NCBI GenBank assembly: GCA_963713825.1 | Contig: CAVQNG010000025.1 | Span: 64,001-128,000, forward strand | DNA: 64,000 nucleotides | Direction of reading: 5' to 3' | DNA from: an uncultured Acidobacteriota bacterium | Lineage (GTDB): Bacteria > Acidobacteriota > Thermoanaerobaculia > Multivoradales > JAHEKO01 | Shown here: positions 58,273 to 64,000 of the stretch, piece after piece | Numbering within the stretch: position 1 is the first letter of the stretch | Layout of the letters: every line of letters begins with the position of its first letter | Position numbers and translations under genes: made by a program | The notes under the pieces: generated by a model | Told to the model about the DNA's origin: nothing | Seen by the model: only the letters and a program-made list of their open reading frames with translations | Databases searched by the model: none

Positions 58273-59130
58273 GTGTTGAATCGACAGACCAGCGGCTCGG
58301 TGGTTTGTCCTTCTTGCGGTCGACTGGTCGGGGTTCAACAGGAGAAGTGCCCGCATTGCGGACGCGGCAATCCTGGTCTGTGGGGCTATACCCGGTTCTT
58401 TCAGAGCCTGGGCGATGACTTTGGCTTCGTCCGCCTGATCATCGGGGCCTGCATCGTGCTGTATGTCCTGACCCTGTTGGTCAATCCGTCGGGGATCGGC
58501 ATGGGGAGTCTGTTTTCGATGCTGTCACCGAGCATGGAGGGGCTTTTCCTCTTCGGCGCCAGCGGCGCAGTGCCGGTCTTCGCCTACGACCGATGGTGGA
58601 CGGTGCTGTCGGCCTCTTGGCTGCATGGTGGCTTGATTCACATCCTGTTCAACATGTTGTGGGTGCGTCAGCTGGCGCCGGCTACCAGCCGGATCTTCGG
58701 CGCCGGGCGAATGGTGATCATCTACCTGGTGGCGGGAGCAGCAGGCTTTGTTCTCAGTAGCTTCGCTGGGGCCTATCTGGGCTTCTTGCCGTCCTTTCTG
58801 AGGGGCGCCAAGTTCACAATCGGCGCCTCGGCAGCCATCTTTGGCCTTCTCGGCGCCCTAGTGCTCTACGGCAGGAGGGGAGGGAGCTCGGCCGTTGGAC
58901 GACAGGCATGGACATGGGCGATCTTCCTGGGTGTCTTTGGATTCATCATGCCGGGGATCGACAACTTCGCCCATCTGGGAGGTTTCTTGGGGGGCTACGC
59001 CGCTGCTCACTGGCTCGATCCCAGGCGTCCGGAGCGCGTCGAGCATCTCATGGCGGCGGTGATCGGCCTGGGTCTGTCCCTACTGGCTGTCCTCTTCTCG
59101 GTCCTGAAAGGCCTGGCGCTTCTCGGTTGA
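58273..59130 (+). CDS. Rhomboid family intramembrane serine protease with N-terminal zinc ribbon
   Basis: CPSC..CPHC; WLHGGLIHILFN, GASAAIFG, AHLGG. Confidence 0.92.
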   Translation: MLNRQTSGSVVCPSCGRLVGVQQEKCPHCGRGNPGLWGYTRFFQSLGDDFGFVRLIIGACIVLYVLTLLVNPSGIGMGSLFSMLSPSMEGLFLFGASGAVPVFAYDRWWTVLSASWLHGGLIHILFNMLWVRQLAPATSRIFGAGRMVIIYLVAGAAGFVLSSFAGAYLGFLPSFLRGAKFTIGASAAIFGLLGALVLYGRRGGSSAVGRQAWTWAIFLGVFGFIMPGIDNFAHLGGFLGGYAAAHWLDPRRPERVEHLMAAVIGLGLSLLAVLFSVLKGLALLG

Positions 59131-59161
59131 AGCTCTCGAGGAAGAGACCCCTTTCGAGGCT

Positions 59162-59611
59162 TTGCCGGTGTCTGAGAAGAGCCAGTTGCGGATCCCGACC
59201 CCTTTACTGGAGCTCCTGGAGAGGGAGGCCCTGGAGGCCTACCCGGAAGAGTGCTGTGGCATTCTCCTGGGTCGCGGGTCTTCGCCGGGAGAGCCGATCG
59301 CTGCAGTCAGCGAGGTGGCCGTAGCCCCGAACAGCGCCGGCGATCGGCGCGAAGAGCGTTATGCGATCGATCCGAAGCTCGTTTTGCAGGTCCAGCAAGA
59401 GGCCAGGGCGCGACAGGTGGAGGTTCTCGGGTACTACCACTCGCATCCCTGCCGGAGTGCGACCCCCAGCCAGTCCGACCTCGAGTCCGCCTGGCCGGAG
59501 GTGCGCTATCTCATCCTGGCGGTAGAAGCGGAGCGAGTGACCGGGGTGAAGTGCTGGCGCTTGAGTGAGGTTGGGGAGACCTTCGAAGAGGTAGACATCG
59601 GGTATTCTTGA
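59162..59611 (+). CDS. JAB/MPN (M67 family) metallopeptidase
   Basis: YPEECCG, YHSHP...PS.SD JAMM motif. Confidence 0.92.
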   Translation: MPVSEKSQLRIPTPLLELLEREALEAYPEECCGILLGRGSSPGEPIAAVSEVAVAPNSAGDRREERYAIDPKLVLQVQQEARARQVEVLGYYHSHPCRSATPSQSDLESAWPEVRYLILAVEAERVTGVKCWRLSEVGETFEEVDIGYS

Positions 59612-59648
59612 TCTCCTGTCGAATCACTGTCAGGAAGCGTGGAGCCAT

Positions 59649-60821
59649 ATGGCGGCGACAATCGGGATCGACTCGAATTCTGGCAACAGGCTGACCGCGC
59701 GGGAGAGCCGCCGATACAGCCGCCATCTCGTCATTCCAGAGGTGGGTATCCAGGGCCAGAACCGGCTGAAGGAGGCCAGGGTCCTGGTCGTTGGAGCGGG
59801 CGGCCTGGGATCGCCTGTATCGATGTACCTGGCCGCGGTCGGAGTCGGAAAGCTGGGGCTGGTGGAGTTCGACGATGTGGACGAGTCGAATCTCCAACGC
59901 CAAGTTCTCTACGGCGAATCCGATATTGGCAAGCCGAAGCTGCAAGTCGCGCTCGGCCGATTGCGGGAGATCAACCCCCTGATCGAGTTGGTGCCGCATG
60001 CCGAGAGGATCGACGCCTCGAATGCCATGGCGCTGCTGGCTGGTTACGACATCGTGGTCGATGGCAGCGACAACTTCCCGACTCGGTATCTTGTCAATGA
60101 CGCCTGTGTTCTGGCAGGAAAGCCCAACGTCTACGGCTCCATCTTCCGGTTCGAAGGTCAGTCGTCGGTCTTCTGGGGGGCTCGCGGTCCTTGCTATCGG
60201 TGCCTGTTTCCTGAGCCACCACCGCCGGGCCTCGTGCCATCGTGTGCTGAGGGAGGCGTCCTGGGAATCCTGCCGGCGATCATTGGCAGCCTGCAGGCCA
60301 ATGAAGTCGTCAAACTGATTCTCGAAGTCGGGGAGCCACTGATCGGTCGCCTGGTTCTCTTCGACGCCTTGCAGACGCGGTTTCGAGAGGTGAAACTGAA
60401 GAAGAACCCCGAGTGTCCTGTCTGCTCGGTGAACCCGACCCTGACAGAGCTCATCGACTACGAGAAGTTCTGTGGTTTGACGCCGGATGAGCCCTTGGCC
60501 GAGTCGGTCAATGTGACCCCTGAAGGACTGAAGGAAAGTTTGGAGGCGGGTCGCGAGCTGCTGTTGCTGGATGTGCGGACGCCGCTCGAGCATCAAACTT
60601 CCCGTCTCGAGAATTCGCTGCTCATGCCGCTGCAGACGCTACCGCGGCGGTTCGAAGAGTTGGACAAGGATGCCGAGATCGTCGTCTATTGTCATCACGG
60701 CCACCGTTCGGCCCACGCCGTGGATTTCCTGAGGCGCATGGGGTTTGCCAACACGTTCAATCTGGTTGGGGGGATCGATGCCTGGAGCAAGCGGATCGAT
60801 CCGTCGGTTCCTCAATACTGA
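59649..60821 (+). CDS. moeB: Molybdopterin-synthase adenylyltransferase MoeB/MoeZ (ThiF plus rhodanese)
   Basis: RYSRH, GAGGLG, SNLQRQ, DNFPTR, CYRC, PSCAEGG, CPVC; rhodanese YCHHGHRS. Confidence 0.93.
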   Translation: MAATIGIDSNSGNRLTARESRRYSRHLVIPEVGIQGQNRLKEARVLVVGAGGLGSPVSMYLAAVGVGKLGLVEFDDVDESNLQRQVLYGESDIGKPKLQVALGRLREINPLIELVPHAERIDASNAMALLAGYDIVVDGSDNFPTRYLVNDACVLAGKPNVYGSIFRFEGQSSVFWGARGPCYRCLFPEPPPPGLVPSCAEGGVLGILPAIIGSLQANEVVKLILEVGEPLIGRLVLFDALQTRFREVKLKKNPECPVCSVNPTLTELIDYEKFCGLTPDEPLAESVNVTPEGLKESLEAGRELLLLDVRTPLEHQTSRLENSLLMPLQTLPRRFEELDKDAEIVVYCHHGHRSAHAVDFLRRMGFANTFNLVGGIDAWSKRIDPSVPQY

Positions 60822-60868
60822 GGGAGCCGGCGATAAGACGAGGTCTGCGTTCCGGAGGAGGAGCACCA

Positions 60869-62398
60869 GTGGATAGGAGAACGTTGGGTTTGTTGTTCGT
60901 GCTCGGGGTGGGGATGTTCGGCCCTGCAGCGGTTTGGGCTGAGGAGGAGATCGAAACCGGTCAGGCTGAAAGGCAGGCCGAGCCGTGGACGGTCCAAGAG
61001 CTGAAGTCGGAGTCCTCGCACAGGGTGACGGTCGGAGGGCGGAACCTGAGCTACAAGGCAACCGCGGGTACCCTGATCCTGAAGGACGAGGACGGCACCC
61101 AGAAGGCTTCCGTCTTCTTCATGGCCTATACCTTGGACGGGGTCAGCGATCCCGGCCAGCGGCCGGTGACCTTTTCGTTCAACGGCGGGCCGGGCTCGTC
61201 TTCGGTCTGGCTCCACCTGGGGCTTCTCGGGCCGCGTCGGGTCCTGATGACCGATGACGGTCACGCCTTGCCGCCACCCTATGAGCTGGTGGACAACGAG
61301 TACTCCCTTCTGGATGTCACCGACCTTGTCTTCATCGACCCGGTCACGACTGGCTACAGCCGAGCCGTCCCCGACGAAGACCCACAGCAGTTTCATGGTG
61401 TCGAGGAAGACGTCGAGGCGGTCGGTGAGTTCATCCGCCTCTATACGAGTCGATTCGAGCGCTGGGCGTCACCGAAGTTCCTGATCGGTGAGAGCTACGG
61501 CACGACCCGTGCTGCCGGGCTGTCGGGATACCTCCAGGGCCGACATGGCATGTACTTGAACGGCATCATGCTGATCTCGTCGATCCTCAACTTCCAGACG
61601 GCCCGTTTCGATGTCGGCAACGACTTGCCCTACATTCTCTTCTTGCCGACCTATACCGCCACGGCCTGGTACCACCAGAAGTTGGACGACGACCTGCAGG
61701 CCGATCTCAGGGCGACGCTGGACGAGGTCGAGGCGTTTGCTCTGGGTGACTATGCTCAGGCGCTGATACGGGGAGACACCCTCGAGGATGGAGATAGAGA
61801 GCTGATCGCGGATCGACTAGCCCGCTATACGGGATTGAGTCGCGAGTATGTGCTGCAGACGAATCTGCGCCTGGGGATTCACCGATTTGTCAAACAGCTG
61901 CGCCGCGACGAGAGACTCACCGTCGGCCGGCTCGACAGTCGTTTCACGGGGATCGACCGGGATGCCGCGGCTGAGAACTACGAGTTCGACCCCAGCTACG
62001 CCGCGATTCAAGGTCCTTACACGGCGACCCTCAATGACTACGTGAGGCGGGAATTGGGATTCGAGATCGATCTGCCGTACGAGATTCTCAGTGGCCGAGT
62101 GCGGCCCTGGAGCTTCGGTGACTACGAGAACCGGTATGTCAACGTGGCGGAGACTCTGCGCACGGCCATGACCAGGAACCCCAGCCTCAAGGTGTTCGTG
62201 GCGAACGGCTACTACGATCTGGCGACACCCTATTTCGCGACGCAATACACATTCGACCACCTGGGACTGGACTCTTCGCTGCGGCACAACATCTCCATGG
62301 GCTACTACGAGTCGGGGCACATGATGTACATCCACATGCCGTCCTTGCGACAGCTGAAACAGGATCTGCACGAATTCGTTTTGTCGGCGCTGCCCTAG
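60869..62398 (+). CDS. Peptidase S10 serine carboxypeptidase, exported
   Basis: NGGPGSSS, FIDPV.TGYS, GESYG, GYYDLATP, GHMMY; GTG start after GGAGGAG. Confidence 0.92.
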   Translation: MDRRTLGLLFVLGVGMFGPAAVWAEEEIETGQAERQAEPWTVQELKSESSHRVTVGGRNLSYKATAGTLILKDEDGTQKASVFFMAYTLDGVSDPGQRPVTFSFNGGPGSSSVWLHLGLLGPRRVLMTDDGHALPPPYELVDNEYSLLDVTDLVFIDPVTTGYSRAVPDEDPQQFHGVEEDVEAVGEFIRLYTSRFERWASPKFLIGESYGTTRAAGLSGYLQGRHGMYLNGIMLISSILNFQTARFDVGNDLPYILFLPTYTATAWYHQKLDDDLQADLRATLDEVEAFALGDYAQALIRGDTLEDGDRELIADRLARYTGLSREYVLQTNLRLGIHRFVKQLRRDERLTVGRLDSRFTGIDRDAAAENYEFDPSYAAIQGPYTATLNDYVRRELGFEIDLPYEILSGRVRPWSFGDYENRYVNVAETLRTAMTRNPSLKVFVANGYYDLATPYFATQYTFDHLGLDSSLRHNISMGYYESGHMMYIHMPSLRQLKQDLHEFVLSALP

Positions 62399-62438
62399 AA
62401 GCAGCCCGGAATCGGCAACCCCCTCTTCGAACCGTCGA

Positions 62439-63845
62439 ATGCGCCGCTTGTTCTCCGCCGATCCGAGACTGGTTCTCCTACTGGCGGTGACGGTGTTCGG
62501 GGCCTTTGCCTGGCTGAGTCGAAACCCCGAGTCGGACTTGGTGCGCCGGGCCGAAGAGTGGCCTCTTGTCGGGACGCTGGCGTCTCGGTTTCGAGCCGCC
62601 TACTCGGCTCCCCTTGGGAACAGGGAGAAGCTCGACGGTGGGCAGCGCTCGGCAGGCGAGATCGATCGGGGGGAGATTCTGGCCGAGGCGGTGGTTTCCG
62701 ACCGGGTGAGTTCCCGTCCGCAAGTGTGGGTGGAGCCTGGTACTCGTGTGCAGGTCTCACCGAATCTCGACAGCGATGTGCTTGCTACCGTCGAGCTTCT
62801 CGGTAACTACTCGGTCAGCGAACGGCGCGGAGACTGGTTCCACATCTATCGATACTCCATGGATCAGGGAGGCCTGGAGGGGTGGATCAGGCTGGAAGGC
62901 TACGAGGATCCATCCAGTGAACGCCTGCAGCAACCAGAGCCCGTTCTACCACTGGCCGCAGTCGAACCGAGCCCGGAGAAGGTGGCGCGAGCTCGGTCCT
63001 TCATGGCGGGCGGGGGAGTCGAGACTCCTTGTGGCCCCTACACCCTCTACACGGATGTCGACGGTGCTTCTGTGTCCGAGTCGTGCTGCCTGATGGCCAG
63101 GAGTCTCGAGGCAACCTACCGAGAGCGATTCGGTCTGACCCCGGTCGGCGAGGCCGCCGAGTCGATTTTCCTGTTTGCGTCGCAAGGCTCGTACGAGGCG
63201 TTCGTCTCCGATGACGAGAGGATTCCGGCCGAAAAGGGTGGGCATGCTGCGCCTGCCCATGGCTACGTGGCCTTGTACTCCGAAGACCTACCGCATGAGG
63301 CAGTAGCGTCGACACTGGCACACGAGCTGACGCACCTGATCAACCGTCGGGCACTGGGACCAGCCTTGCCACCCTGGTTGAGCGAAGGCCTGGCGGACGA
63401 TCTGGCCGAATCGCGAATTGACGACTCGGGTCGATTGGTGCCAGGAGAGCTTGGAGGCTACAGCGTGGTGTCCGGAACCGAGATTCGGCACTTTGGAGGG
63501 CTGGTTTCGGCCAGCCGGTTGATCAAAGCTCTCGATGGGTCTGGACTCCCAGATCTGTCTGATCTGGTGCAAATGGGCACCGAAGAATTCCACGCCGCGC
63601 AGCGGGAATCTCTCCTCTATGCTCTGAGCTCCTTCTGGATTCGATTCCTCTTGAGTGATGCGCCAGGCGCTGACCCGGACGGTTTTCGCGCCTTTCTGGA
63701 GGCGGTTGCTTCTGGTGAGGGTCTCACGCCAGATCTTCTGGCACAGAGTCTGGACGCCGACGAAGTCGAATTGGATGCGAGCTTCAAGACCTGGTTGCGA
63801 TTCCAGGCCGCTCCGCTGCCGCAAGCTAGCGCCTTCGATCGCTAG
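62439..63845 (+). CDS. Membrane-anchored SH3-like plus gluzincin (HExxH) protein
   Basis: TM, SH3b-like RRGDWFHI...GWI, HELTH followed by WLSEGLA. Confidence 0.65.
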   Translation: MRRLFSADPRLVLLLAVTVFGAFAWLSRNPESDLVRRAEEWPLVGTLASRFRAAYSAPLGNREKLDGGQRSAGEIDRGEILAEAVVSDRVSSRPQVWVEPGTRVQVSPNLDSDVLATVELLGNYSVSERRGDWFHIYRYSMDQGGLEGWIRLEGYEDPSSERLQQPEPVLPLAAVEPSPEKVARARSFMAGGGVETPCGPYTLYTDVDGASVSESCCLMARSLEATYRERFGLTPVGEAAESIFLFASQGSYEAFVSDDERIPAEKGGHAAPAHGYVALYSEDLPHEAVASTLAHELTHLINRRALGPALPPWLSEGLADDLAESRIDDSGRLVPGELGGYSVVSGTEIRHFGGLVSASRLIKALDGSGLPDLSDLVQMGTEEFHAAQRESLLYALSSFWIRFLLSDAPGADPDGFRAFLEAVASGEGLTPDLLAQSLDADEVELDASFKTWLRFQAAPLPQASAFDR

Positions 63846-64000
63846 TCATCGGAAGAGGGTGGTCCGAGGGGCTCTTCTTCTCGCCAGGCCGCTTCGCCGT
63901 CGGAGTACCACTCGCGCTTCCAGATGGGAGCTTCGCGCTTGAGGCGTTCGAGGGCTGTGCGGCTGGCCTCGTAGGCCGCCGCGCGGTGAGCGGCTGCGGT
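63842..64000 (-). CDS. moaE: Molybdopterin synthase catalytic subunit, C-terminal part (runs off the window)
   Basis: Not in the ORF track; minus strand translates to AHRAAAYEASRTALERLKREAPIWKREWY, the MoaE HR...LK..PIWK.E signature; TAG at 63842. Confidence 0.85.
   Translation of the reverse strand, partial: TAAAHRAAAYEASRTALERLKREAPIWKREWYSDGEAAWREEEPLGPPSSDD

Noticed and set aside
59162-60821. JAB plus E1 as an antiphage ubiquitin-like system (CBASS or Bil type)
   Set aside because: The E1 is a standard MoeB-rhodanese; no E2, CD-NTase or effector gene nearby; moaE is close

Overview
GC-rich bacterial chromosome segment. The gene content (VWA/GWxTD-type protein, GspG-like pilin, sulfatase-like proteins with an LxALGY tail) suggests Acidobacteriota, probably Thermoanaerobaculia-like; this is an inference. 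About 39 kb (7.6-46.2 kb) is dominated by respiratory genes in three blocks. (1) A minus-strand operon for alternative complex III (actABCDEF plus a small subunit), SCO and an A2-type caa3 oxidase. (2) A plus-strand cluster: HEAT protein, Crp/Fnr regulator, monoheme cytochrome c, methyltransferase, then Rieske protein, split b6-like cytochrome b (heme ci Cys, APWY in place of PEWY), an 8-heme cytochrome on a coiled-coil stalk and a cupredoxin-like lipoprotein, followed by ctaA-ctaB-ABC transporter-SCO. (3) A second, rearranged A1-like heme-copper oxidase operon (I-III-IV-orf-orf-II-DUF420) whose subunit I lacks the K-channel lysine; it is preceded by a MITE-like element containing a GTAG REP doublet. 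The flanks hold housekeeping and accessory genes: GDP-sugar enzymes, a VTE5/VTE6-like fusion, tag, yhaM, xseAB (xseA probably starts at CTG), rhomboid, JAB-MoeB, S10 peptidase, partial moaE and a pseudo-cyclase/NTPase/TPR protein. No rRNA, tRNA, CRISPR array or transposase was seen. All calls come from reading motifs by eye; no database search was run.
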